Notes under the pieces: model-generated
Database searches by the model: none
What the model saw: only the letters and a program-made list of their open reading frames with translations
What the model was told of the DNA's origin: nothing
Part shown: positions 39,101 through 50,900 of the stretch, in pieces
Layout of the letters: every line of letters starts with the position of its first letter
Numbering within the stretch: position 1 is the stretch's first letter
Source: Lama guanicoe
Lineage: Eukaryota
DNA: 64,000 nucleotides
Assembly: GCA_013239625.1 (NCBI GenBank)
Contig: MU054323.1
Coordinates: 868,001 to 932,000 of the forward strand
Direction: 5' to 3'
Made by a program: the position numbers and the translations under genes

Positions 39101-42100
39101 GGCAGCATCCGGCTGCTCCACCCATCTCATCGAAAGAGAAATGATCCTGGAGCGCAGCAAAGCTTAGCCTGGAAGCCAAGCCTTTCTGGTTCTCAGGCTC
39201 ATTCTCGTCCCCACTAAATGGGAAGCCTTCCCTGACCTCTCCAGGCATCAGCATTCTCCCTCTTCCTCTGCCCTTTGGGCCCAGAGCACAGCAAGTCCAA
39301 TCCCACCTGGGTGGGAGAAAACCCCACGACAGCAACAACACAACAAAACCCAGCTGGGAACAGAACGTGACGTGCCAGTGCGGGGAGGCTAAGCTGGGGG
39401 CCCCGTCAGACGCCTGGGAGTCAGGAACTGTAAGCTTCGTCACCTTTGCCCATTGTCCTCTGTGCTAGATTTAGTTATTCATCCCTTCTCGCCTGCTCCT
39501 GATTCCCCACTCCCTGCCCCAACCTGGACCCGACCCTGGACTTCTCACTGGGGGCCAGCTGAGCTGGGCTGAGACCTGACCCCCACCTTCCCACCGCCCA
39601 CACCAGTCGGCCTAGCATTTCAGATGCAGCATGCCCCAGAGGTGGAACTTTTCAAGGTAGTGGTAGGGAATTACCCAGATCATCATATTTGATATTTTGT
39701 CCTGGATCAAAAGCCTTTAAAATCTAATATGCTACAAATAAATAAATTTTAAAAAAATCATAGGAGTAGGGACAAGCCAGTTTTAACTGGGGGTTTAAAA
39801 CAATTATCCTCACTTCTACAGCCTCTTGCAATGCAGTTGTCCGTGGTTACTGTTCTGCCTCTGTCTCCACAGAGACTACTCTGGGCCCAGTAACCATGGT
39901 GATAAGAGAAGACGTGAGCAGATGGGAGCTCTACTTCCAGAATTTAAACATCCTCCTGTTGGGGGAGGAGTGGGGGAACGAGGGGCAGGAGGAGAAAGCT
40001 AAGGGGGAGGGAGAAGTTACAGTACCTTAGCCGGGAATGGACTGCAGTGCTGGGGACAAACCAAAGACATGATTTTTTGTTCCCGAGCCAAGCTCTTCTC
40101 CTTGACCTCAATAATGATTTATTTCCCTCTTCCCCTTGCAGTCAGAGCCTTCTAGACAATAGCATTCCTAGGGAAATGGAGACAAAAGCTTTCTGTAACA
40201 TACAGAGCTGGAGGTACTTTTTAACCATATTCAAACGTATTGCATTAATACATGTTCAATGATGTATCATTTACTGAAGAAAACAAGGTCTGAAATTGTG
40301 TTGATTTAGATTCAGTATAATTAAGGAGGGCTGGAAAGACCACAGCCCGGAGGTATGAAGTCGCAGCTGTAAGCCTGGTTCAGTTACTCACCCCCGGGCT
40401 GGTGCATTCTCCCAGGGACTTGGTTTATATCTCTAAGATGTTCAAAAGATATCCGTTGGCTTTGAAATTATGTGAAAAAAACCTCTTACTGGATGTTGAA
40501 CTGAGACTTTCAGTATCTGTTTCCGCTGAGACCCGAATGCTGACACCAATAAACTGGGTGACAGACAGCTATGTGGGGCATGTGTCAAGTTGGAAAATTT
40601 GTTTTTCGGTCCTTAGCCAAAAAGAAGGCTGGAGAATAGACAGAGACAATTTCTTTAGTGCTGAGGGTCACTCCCAGCTCCTGGGAGAGAGCACACTGGG
40701 TCATTCTGCCCGCTTCCCCCCTCACATCCCGGGCGGGGGGAGCATCAATAAACCCACGCAGAGAGCTTGACCCGTGACCGTGACAGTGACCATGACCGTG
40801 ACCGGCTGGAGGTGGGGGAACCTTAGGAGCCTGTACCTGCCTCAGAATGGGGGTCCTGGCAGAGAGCTCCAGCCTGCGGTCGGGGCAGGGTGAGAAAGAT
40901 GGTGAGTTCTGGAAATAATGGGAGAAGTGGAGAGGAGGAGAGAAGCTTTAGATCAGACAAAGAGTTGAGGAGTTTTTATCTTAGACTGAAATAGGCTTTT
41001 TCTTTGGTTTATTAATTGGGGGAGACTGGAAAAGCCAAGGCCAGCCTGAGACTTTATCCAGGGGAGGTGGGGGAAGGGCTATCCATCGAGTGTATTTAAC
41101 GAGGAACGATGGGAAAAAAGACATCACCGGGACGTCTGGTACAGGATTCCTTTTCACTCATTTACTCACTTGTCTACCAAACTCAAATAAAGCATGAAAA
41201 AGGGAGCAAGATATGCCAAGAAATGGGATTTCTATCTTTCCAGGAGCCTCCCCAAAGTACTCCTTTCTAGGTGCAAGGACCGCTTCTAAACGGAAGGAAG
41301 CTGCCAGGAAAAATAATCTGCATTCCCAGGTGGATGATGGTGAGGTGTGGTCCAGATGACTGCAGTGCCGTCTCCCGCTCCTGCTCTGCTCCAAGACCTG
41401 GTCAAACGGAGCCCAGTGTCGGGAAGTCCCATGAGGACCAGACCCACAGCCATGGAAGGAGAACAGAATCCCCTCCTGACCGCAGGCTGCACTGCTTCTG
41501 GCCACAAGGCTCAGGTCTTTGAGAGCAGTCCTCTTGGACTCACAGTCACGAACAGAAACGCTTGCTGAACACCTGCGTTGCCAGAAGCTATGCTAGGAAG
41601 TTCTTGATGCCTCCAGCCTAAGGCTAGAGCCCCCGGAGGCTGGCAGTAGCCTGCCCCACCGCGCGGATGAGGAAGGCGGTGTTCCGAGACGGCATCTGCC
41701 CAAAGCTACCTAGTCAGTTTCAGGCAGCCCGAGACACACTAGAGGTCCCTCGTTCTCCGATGCCAAGAGCAGTGCTGTTTCACGCTGTGAAACCTGGAGC
41801 TGTTTAGTGATTGAGAAGTTTGCTCACTCGCAAATCCTAGAGACAAGTTCATATGCTGAGAAGACAAAAATTATGACCAACTTCCAAACCCCTGCAGTCT
41901 TCCCATGTCTGTGTCTCCCCACGTGCCTGGCTGCTCTCCAGGAGGGTAAAGCTCACTGGCTGGACACATCCAATGGCACTCTTGTCGTTCAGTGCACTGT
42001 GGGATCCTCAGGCTGATTTCTTGCCACTTCTGATTGCTGAGACTAGAAAACAAGTCTTCAGCTGTCTAGACTGACCCCAGGAAGACAGGTCCTGCCTGAG

Positions 42101-43479
42101 CTCAGCCTTAGAGATGGGCTGGGAAGTCGGTCAGTCAGCTTCCCTCTGTGGCTGGAGCTGCCTGTGCACCCCTCCAAAGGGAGGTCTCCACACCTGAAGA
42201 TGGGTGCTGGTCCAGGTTGGAGCGTCAGGCTCCAGAGTGGTTCTTGGGAAGAAGTCATTCTGGACAGCAGTCCTGCAACCAATCATTGACTTGCTGCCCA
42301 AGGATGATGCTCCTGAGGATGAGGGCGCCATCGGAGCAGCAGCAATCTGGGTGGAGGCGACTCCTCAGGGACGCCTGGTCCTCTTATCCCGCAGGTCCTG
42401 GCTGGCGTGAATTCAGCTAGAGAGCTTGAAGCGGCTAAACCAACAAGCACTTCTGTCTTGAAGTTTCTTACCTGAGCTCAGAGCCTCTGGTCACCTGTCT
42501 TCTCTCAGATACATCGCCTACTCTGTGCTGCTCAACACCCTCCCCTTCCCTCTTTTGCTGGACTTGCCCCTTCATCTTCCAGGACTACTGATCCGTGGGA
42601 AACTGTGCCTCCCGCCTCTTAGGACCCATCCTCAGGTATTCTGTATCCTCAAGTGTCACAGCTTGATTGCCCCAGAGGACACCCCTTCCCCACCTGTCTC
42701 CTTCTGCGGCAGCTCTGCAGGTAGGACTGCAGCTGTGGCAGATGCTCCTAGACTCCCTTGTTCACACTGGGACCACAGTCTCCTAAGTGCTGTACACGTG
42801 TGTGGCCAACTGCTCACAGCTGCCTCTTTCTCTACAGAATTGTTCTTGACCAAATGGGGCCACCTTGTGCCAGTGGACAGCAGCTGACTGGCACAGGAGT
42901 CCACGAGGCTGGCCCCCGGCCTCAAGTTGGAGCCAGTTCGATGGCACCATCTGTGCCTGAGAGATCCCTTGGCTGGGGCTAGTCTCCAGGCAGGGCCACA
43001 TCTTTGCTTGGCTTTCTTCCCAGCTTTATCCTGCTTCCATCACTTCCCTTCCCTGAGCGCACCCCCTCCATGAGCCTCAGTAAATCGCTTTCACGAGAGT
43101 TCTCGCCTCAGGCTCTGCTTCTAGGGAACCTGACATGAGACGGCATCCTTTCTGCACCTGGGGCTGCGGCTTGTCACACTGTTTACAGCCATCACCTGGA
43201 GCCGCTGTCCTTCAGATCCTTCGACACACAGCTGTCTACCCAGCCTCCTGCTCTCCTGTCTGCCCACTTCTCCCGCTCCCCCGACCCTCCTGTCCATCAA
43301 AACCGCCAGTGCCCTGAGCCCGCTCCCCTCCTGTCCAGTCTGTTCTGTCCTTCCTTCCTCCATCGACATGGGCTCTCGGGGCCCATTCCTTCAAACTTCA
43401 GTCCCTGTCCTGTCACTTCTGTTGTTGTCGCATTTTCCTCCGATATCCCTAACTCTGCACCCACGACACTGTCTGAGCC

Positions 43480-43860
43480 ACACAGGGACCGCCGGGGAGA
43501 GTCGCACAACCCTGCAGACCGCTGCTCGAGAGCGTTCGCGGTCTCTGACCCGAGGCTGCCAAGAAACCCTTCTGTTCCTGAGTCAAGTCGGCTTCCCATG
43601 ACAGCTATTTAAATCCTTCTTAGCGGTTCTCAAACTGCCTACCCACCACTTCCCACTCCTTCCCTGCGGATAACCTTATCTTCCACTTCGCAGAGAAAAC
43701 CATCCTCCTCTCCTTCCTGGCTTCACACCTCCCGACGGCTCGCAGCCGCGCGCATCCTTCCGCGACCCCTGCTCTACAGCAGAAGGCGGGCCCCGCCCCG
43801 CCGGCCCGCCCCAGATCCGCCTCCGTCCCGGGTTGTCCTCTCCACCACTCGCCTTCCAGT
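43480..43860. promoter_or_regulatory. CpG-dense GC-box cluster (candidate promoter/enhancer)
   Basis: About 17 CpG in 43731-43853; Sp/KLF boxes CCCCGCCCC (43791-43799) and CCCGCCCC (43805-43812). Confidence 0.5.
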
Positions 43861-44050
43861 CTTTCCCTCCCTGCCTTCCTGTCACTCAAGTTGCTCCCAT
43901 TTTGTGTCCACCTTTGACCACAGCCCCATCTCTCTTTTCTGTTTCACAATCATCATTGTCTGTGCCACCTGGAGTTTACCCCTGACCCTCATCTGAAGCT
44001 GTGTTCACTGAGGGCTCTTAGGCCCTCCCGTTGTGTCTCTGTGGCTTTGA

Positions 44051-44078
44051 CCCCCCTCCCCCCCCCCCCCCCCCCCCC
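44051..44078. repeat. C6-T-C21 homopolymer tract
   Basis: Seen directly. Confidence 0.95.
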
Positions 44079-45599
44079 AACTTGGGCCATGATTTCTCAG
44101 GCTGGTATGTAAGTGCTTTCTTCTCCTCGGTTTCTACTCCACCTTCCCTTCCACCCTTGTGGCCTGCAAGGATAATTCATCAGTTCTCCCACTGTGGACT
44201 CTTCCACGTGCCCCTGCCATTGCACACACTGCCTCCTCAGCCTGCCCAGGTGTCCATCAGAACCCTCTTCATCCTTCAAAACAGTGTGGACAGCCCGTTG
44301 CTTCTAATGCTCCTTCTCTGACCGTCCTGTGTGGTTCCCCTGTCCCTTGTCCCTCTGCTCTACAGCAGTCTTCACAGCTCAGAGCCTCAGCTCTATCTGT
44401 CTCCTTCCTGGATTGTGGGCACAGTGCAGAAGCTCACTGGTCTTAGTTTGAATCTTCTCTGCTCAGCCCAGCAGTCACACTGAACCAGTAAGTAAAAATG
44501 CCATGATGGAATCAGGGACTCCTACAGCTGGAAGGAACGTAGAGCCATCAGTGAAACCCTCTCATTTATCATTTGAGGGGGGGAAGAAAGCCTTGGGCAC
44601 AGAGAATTTAAGTAACTTCAAGTTGAAGCTCAACTTGGTTGACATTTGCATAGCTCGTTGGCAATGCATCTGGGATCATCAGCCAGCAGCCTTGACTTCC
44701 AGCCCGTGACGGGGGGAGCAACTGCTCCCGAATCACAAACTGGCTCTTTGAGTCTTTCAGAGACTATGTTCTCCATTGCTTGCCAGGCTCATGGCTTTGC
44801 TCCTTCTTGAGCTACAGATGTGGCCATGGATGACGGTGCTGCGGAGAGAGGTGGGCATAGCAAACCCATTCTTCAGGCTGGACACCACCTTTCCTCCCTG
44901 GAGGACCCTGCTGCTGGAAGGGCAGCCATGACCTGTGCGCCCGTCTTGTAAAGAGCTCAGGGAGCAGATGGATCCAGCAGATGCACAGCCATGGGCCTTA
45001 GAAGGAGCTCTTCTCAAGTGTCCAGGGTTGGCTCATCTCCCCCGTCCAGGCTGCCTCTGGGCCGGGTGGCGTGGGTGGGGACAGAGGGCGATCGTCGCTG
45101 CTTGGAGGCTTGATGCAAACGGTAAGCAAAAACAGCTGTGAAGGAACTAGCTCCCAGACCCACGCTGCTTCATCATCACATTTTTTCTGCCTTTTGATTC
45201 TGGCTCCAGCTCATCTGTTTGTTTTTGATGCTTCATTGAGACCAGCTACTCCCGAGAAATGGGAAATGACACTGTGCATACAAGCTGAGGTTTGGACAAT
45301 CCCAGGTCATTTTAATTTGGGATTTTCAAACAGTTTCATCAGAGAAAATCAGCGAACAAAGAAAGATGACAAGATGTTCAAATGTCCTCCATCAGTAGCC
45401 GGTGAAACTGCAGGCTGATTTACACACAAATTACATCTAGAGGATTTCTTTCTTGCGGTTTTACCAAAAGAAGGATTTTTGCCCAACCAAAGGGCTTATT
45501 TTTCTTCAGCCGATATTGCTGCCAGGTGGAGAGCCTCCTTTTCCTGGGGTGCCCCCTTCTCGGCCTCCTTCCTGCCCTCGCGGCCTCGGCCCGAATCAG

Positions 45600-46180
45600 G
45601 CATCGTCATCTTGCCGCAAAGCTCCCACCTGCCGGCCTGGCTCAGGTCTGCCCCCTCAGCCCTGCAGTTGAACTCAGCAGCGCACACAGCCACAGCCATG
45701 CTTCTAGATGGTCTGACCGGGTCACCCTCCCGCTTAGAGCCTTCTGATGACCGTTCGTTGCTTTTGAATGATGCCAGGCTCCTTACCACGGCACACAGTC
45801 CCCCAGGCTTTATTTCCTGCCTGTCTCTCCAGGCTCCTCCCTGCCTCTGTGCTCTTTGCCTCTTCACTTCAAATCCAAGACCCAGCTCTGCCTTTGCTCT
45901 CACAGCTCCCTCTCCTGGAACCCCTGACCTCCTAGACTGTTCCTCACTTTCGGCTCACATGTCCCCTCCTCCGTGAGACTCTCCTGGCCAACCAGGTCCC
46001 ATCAGAATTAAAGTGAGCCCCCCTCCCCTTTGTAGACCGTTTGTCACTCCCTGCAGTGCCCTGTCACCCCGTTGAAGCTCGTGTCTGTCTGCCCGCTGAT
46101 CAGGGGGTCCTGAAGGCTGGGTCAGTCCCGTCTTGGGAGGCAGGGCACAGATTAAGGGTTCAGCGAATGCCTGTTGAATT
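45600..46180 (+). mobile_element. LINE-2 3' fragment
   Basis: ctgcctttgctctcacagctccctctcctggaac...agggcacagattaagggttcagcgaatgcctgttgaat (L2 3' terminus-like). Confidence 0.6.
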
Positions 46181-46719
46181 TGCCGGAGGGTGAGCCCGGA
46201 CCTCAGATGAGATGGTCTGCTCGGGGCTCCCCCGGCCCCTGCCCGCCTTTGCCTCTGCCTCATATAGAGACAGCTGCAGGGCCCGCAGGCCAGAGCCCCT
46301 GGGTCAGAGAAACAACTGTCTTGTGTTTTCTCCAAAAATGAGGATTGCGACATCCTCATGGCCTTGAGTTCACGGCTGTGGGAGGAGGCTGGGCGGGGTA
46401 ACAGCGGGGGCGGGGGAGGGGGTGCTGGGGGGAAGTGGGACCACTGGCCAGAGTGAGCCGTGAGGGACTGCCCAGGCCCGGCACCCCCACCCTGCGTCTG
46501 GCTGCAAAGACTCAGGGGAGGCTGCTCTCCTCAGCTCCCTTCCCACGTTTCACTTTTTCCCTGTATCCGGTTATGTGCCAGTCCCCTCTCATCCCTTGGG
46601 AACCAGCACCAGCACCCGAACATATTTACCAAATATCAGCACGGGCTATGTTTGCATATCATCCAGCTCCAAGGGCATTCAAACGACCTTCTCGCAGGGA
46701 AGCACTGTGCTTTGGAGAG

Positions 46720-46738
46720 TGGCGCCACCTGGTGGCCA
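46720..46738 (-). promoter_or_regulatory. CTCF-binding motif
   Basis: Minus strand TGGCCACCAGGTGGCGCCA versus consensus TGGCCACCAGRKGGCGCTA; all core positions match. Confidence 0.75.
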
Positions 46739-47349
46739 CAGGGAGTTAACATCCACATTCTCAGTCCAGAGGAAACCGAGTACCAGGCGCGCTGCCCAGC
46801 ACGCAGGCTGTGGACGGCAGGTTCTCTGTGGCGCCCCTGGTGGAGGCTCAGAATAAGCCCTGCTGTCCCTGAGGTATCTGTCCGATGGGGGCGGGTCTGA
46901 ATGCGTGTTGCCAAGCTAGAGGCAGCAGCCCAACGCCTCATGTGGGCAGTGACTGGGCAAAGATGCTGAAAACTTCTCCTCCCGGGATCTGAGAACTAAA
47001 AGGGTGGTTTAGAGACCAATCAAATCTCAGTCACGCACTTCAAGTCCAAGGAGGGGAAGTCTTGTGGTAAATTAGTTGAAGAGTCGGGACCAGAGTCCAG
47101 GTTTACAGGCCCCTTAACTGATAATCATCCGTTTTAGTAATTTAGGACAGCTCATTGGGATGTGCAATATTTTTCTGAATTGCTGTTTCAGAGGGAAAAA
47201 GAGCCAGCCTCTATATTGCAATTTAAATCTTCTTCCTCTTTTCCAAATGTTTACCAGTGGGGTCCAACCGTATTCATCCTCCCTCCAGAAGTCTTCCCCG
47301 AGCAGTTGGAAATCTCCCTTCTAAAGCGCCACAGGCAGCCAATCACTTA

Positions 47350-47930
47350 TTCAATATGCACAGAGGGTCTGACCTAGCACTGGGATACAGTATTCACGAG
47401 ACAAAGTCTTACATTCACAGGGCTTACATTCTAGTAGGGGGGCAGTGATGGATGGATGGGTGGATAGATGATAGATAGATAGATACATACAGACAGACAG
47501 ACAGACATAGACGGATAGATTATGGCTAAATAGTTTCAAGCACTAATAAGTGTTTTGAAGATGATAAATGAAGCAATGTGATGAAGAAAGACTTTGAGTG
47601 AACAGCTTTAGCAAAAGTGACCAGGGAAGATGGTCTGGAGAGGGCCCAGTTGCAAAGGAGGATGAGGAGGGAAGAGAATTCCAAGCAAGAGGGATAGTAA
47701 GTGCCAAGGCCCCGAGTCTGGGTGAGACTAGCAGGTCCAGGTACAGAGAAGGCCAGAGAGGAGGAAGCTAGTGGACAGGAGGGAAGAGTAGAGGATGATG
47801 ATACTAGGGAAGGAAGCAGAGAATGGATCTCGGGGGTGAGCTGGGTGTGCCTGCTGTTTGCAATGGAAATTGTGAGAGGGTTTAAGCAAGAAAGTGCCAC
47901 GATCTTATTTACACCACAGACAACTCTCAC
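47350..47930 (-). mobile_element. LINE-2 fragment (interrupted by the STR)
   Basis: cctagcactgggatacag...gggcttacattctagtaggggg...gaattccaagcaagagggatagtaagtgccaaggccccgag...gagggtttaagcaagaaagtgccacgatctt. Confidence 0.7.
47447..47520. repeat. Compound (GGAT)n(AGAT)n(AGAC)n tetranucleotide STR
   Basis: Seen directly. Confidence 0.95.
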
Positions 47931-50900
47931 ATTCACAAGTGCCTGAGGACCCCCGGCTCCAACACCTTTCCATCACTTGCAGAAAGTCTTTCTTCATCCA
48001 CCAGGTTGAGGAGGCCCCTCTCGGTCTGGGACCTGGTATTAACATCACTGTCACTCTGCTACCACCCCGTTTAGAATGAATGATTTATGTGTCTTTCTAC
48101 CTTACTAGACAGTAAATTCCTTCCGTAGGAGACGGTGGTAGAGAGTCCAGATCTGGAACACTGCCTGGGTGCAAAGACGCGCTTTACCGCTCAGTGACAG
48201 CATGGCTTAAGGTGACTTAATCGCTGTCTTACACCTCAGTCTCCTTGTCTGCAAAATGAGACACAGCACATACTGCATGGAACTGTTGTCATAGTTAAAC
48301 ACTGGGTGTAAAACATCCCCTAACAGTGGCAGGTGCAAAGTAACCACGTTATAAAATAGTAGACATCGTTCCTGGGTGTTCTCTCAGGGCTGCCACGGGG
48401 AAGGTTGGGCCCAGCATCCTTTCGGGCTTCTGGTGGTGGTGGGTGCTGCTCGTGCAATGGGGAGACTTTGGAAGAAGGAGGGTGCAGCCAGAGGTTCAAG
48501 TAGTGAGGTTGGAGGGCTAGGCTGAAGGAAATAGGGTGATTTGTTGGTTTGATTATTCCTTTAGCCAAATCGGGGAAAAGATAAAACGCCCTGTCACCTT
48601 TCAGACCCTCAGGCTGCCCATCTACAGGATGTAACAGTGTCCTCTGTGCTGATTGTCTCAGACGGCCGCCGAGGGGCCTCTGTTATATTAGGAGGAAAGG
48701 ACTGGTCAGGTATCTCTGCTTGCTCATCTCCGAGGCTGCACGGTGATGCCACATGGCTGCCTCGCCCCCCTCTGTGATTTCCCTGGCCCCTGAGTATGAA
48801 ATAACCAGCTTAGTTTTCAGGCCCAGGCTTATACCTACACTATACTTGGACACATTGAATTCTAGACCTTTTAGAGAGGAAATAAATCCCTTTTCCAAGA
48901 GCCTAGATCCTGAATTTTGTTCTGAAAGTTTCTGTCTATGCCTTGGGGTTTAGGTGCCATTTCTATGCAGTGGATGCTAAATCCAGTTGATTTACCACCC
49001 AGGCATCTAACCAGTGCCTTCCTTCCTCTCCACCACCGTTACCACCTCTGTCATTTGAGAACCCCTGGTTTCCTGATCTTCAGCCTAGTCCTCTGCAGGC
49101 CATTCTTCATACTGCTGCCCAAAGGACCATTCCAGAATGAAATTGTTCGGTTCTATTTACGACTTGTCTTCAAAGACTCCCCGTCGTTCACAGGAGAAAG
49201 ATGAAGCTACGTGGTCAAGGCTCTCCCTGAGCGGGGCTCACACCTGTCTGCCTGAGTCTCCATGTCACTCCTGACGCCCCAGCCCCCCACAAACAGCTCC
49301 CTGGTCTGTGAACACACCCCTCATTCTACTGCTAACGTTTGTTCAATACCTACTATGTGTCAGGTATGTGCATAGTGCTCCATGTATGTGCTCTTGAAAT
49401 CTCAAAATAAGTAGTATTATTTTAATTGTACTAATTGGAAAAGCTTAGAGATGTTAACTGAGGCTCTAAGAGGTCCAGTAACTCAGTAAATCCACATAGC
49501 CTGAAAGGTCCGGAGCTAGGCTCCAAGCCCACACGTCTTCTCCGGCATCTCTGCCACCTTTGGATTCTGACGAGTAGGTGGTGTCTTCTGCCATCCCAGG
49601 CAGGAGGGAAGCCCTGATACCAGTCACCGCCTCGAGTGTCCTCTCCAGGATCACAGTGGGCTTCGCAGCACTGGTTAGTACCCATTTTTGATGCCTACTT
49701 TCAGTGTGTACTGTCTATCGCTCGAGTCCCGCGTGTCCAGCCTGACTTCAGTCAGGAACAGACAGCCACTGCAAGTTTGATGGGAATCAGGGCTTCAATG
49801 AACATGAGAGGAGCTGAGGGACAGAAGCCTGGACAGTTGCAGGCAGAGGATGGGAGAAAGTCACCAATGACTTCAGCCTGAAGCAGTGAGGTGGGTGGGG
49901 AAACCAGCGCTCGCTGGGGAGTCCAGTGACCAAAGTGGGAGCTCGCGGACGGGCTCAGGAACCCATGTGTCTCACCTTCACGACCTCCCCAGGTGGTGGA
50001 AACACTTCACAGCCACATTGCAAATCTCGCGGGAGTTCCTCTCACTGGGATTTGTGACCTAGAACTGTAGGGGAGGCAACTCTGGTGCACCTGCTTCCCA
50101 GTCTCGGAAGAGAGAGGTGGTGGGGCTGAGTCGAGAGCAGACTTTCAAGCACAGTCCTCAACGAACCTAGGAGGCAGGGCTGTTATCTTGATTTTATAGT
50201 CAGGCTGAGAGGGTAATTGGCTGGGTGGTCCAGGAAGCAAGTATTGAATCCAGGACTCATATACAAGTTGGCTTGATGCTAAAATCCAGGGTTGTTCTTT
50301 CTAGTTTTGCTTGTTTGTTTTGTTTTGATGTGAACCAAATGGCATCACGCATGGGGGCGCAGCTGGCCTTATTCAAAAGCAAATTTATTGCCCTCAATGA
50401 TCATGCTGGTATCTGAAATCCTACCATCGGCTGTGTCTTCCCTGTTCACATGCGTCGGAGTTTCCCCATGTGGGATTTGTCTTCCGGGTGCACAGGTGTG
50501 AGCTTTCTGCTCTAGGCGGCAACACCATAATGACAGAATTATGACGTCTTTCTTTGGGTTTTGTCCCCCAAATGGAGGTAACGTTCAGAAACAAATGGAA
50601 AACTGACATTCACATTGCAGTCTACTCTATCAACTTATTTCTCATCATGTTCGAATTAAAAGTTACTTTTTAAAAAAATGGATAATTTGCCCCCTTTTCA
50701 GAATTACAAGTGTGCGAACACAAGGCAGGTTTGTGTTGGGAGGCATAGGCTGGGCACGGTGGTCGAGAGAGTGGATCCCTAGTTCTTCATGATAGGATCT
50801 GTGGCCGTAGACAAGTTGACTCCCGGTGTTTAATTTCCCCACCTTAGGATGAGGATGGTCACGGTACCTACCTCCTGGGTTACTGGGACCGCTTAGAAGA

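Larger units (their letters stand above)
42990..44470 (+). mobile_element. Degenerate LINE-2 ORF2 region
   Basis: Pyrimidine-rich; ggagagtcgcacaaccctgcagac and cggataaccttatcttccacttcgcagagaaaa resemble internal L2 consensus segments. Confidence 0.55.

Noticed and set aside
41271..41345. Possible exon 2 (VQGPLLNGRK...) for the ATG at 40899
   Set aside because: Weak splice context, unrecognisable peptide, no further exons found
20700..42475. Isolated minus-strand splice donor consensus matches (e.g. ~20704, ~42467)
   Set aside because: No paired acceptor with an open frame; such motifs are frequent by chance
49700..50140. Possible very old LTR fragment
   Set aside because: Similarity to recalled consensus too weak to assign a family
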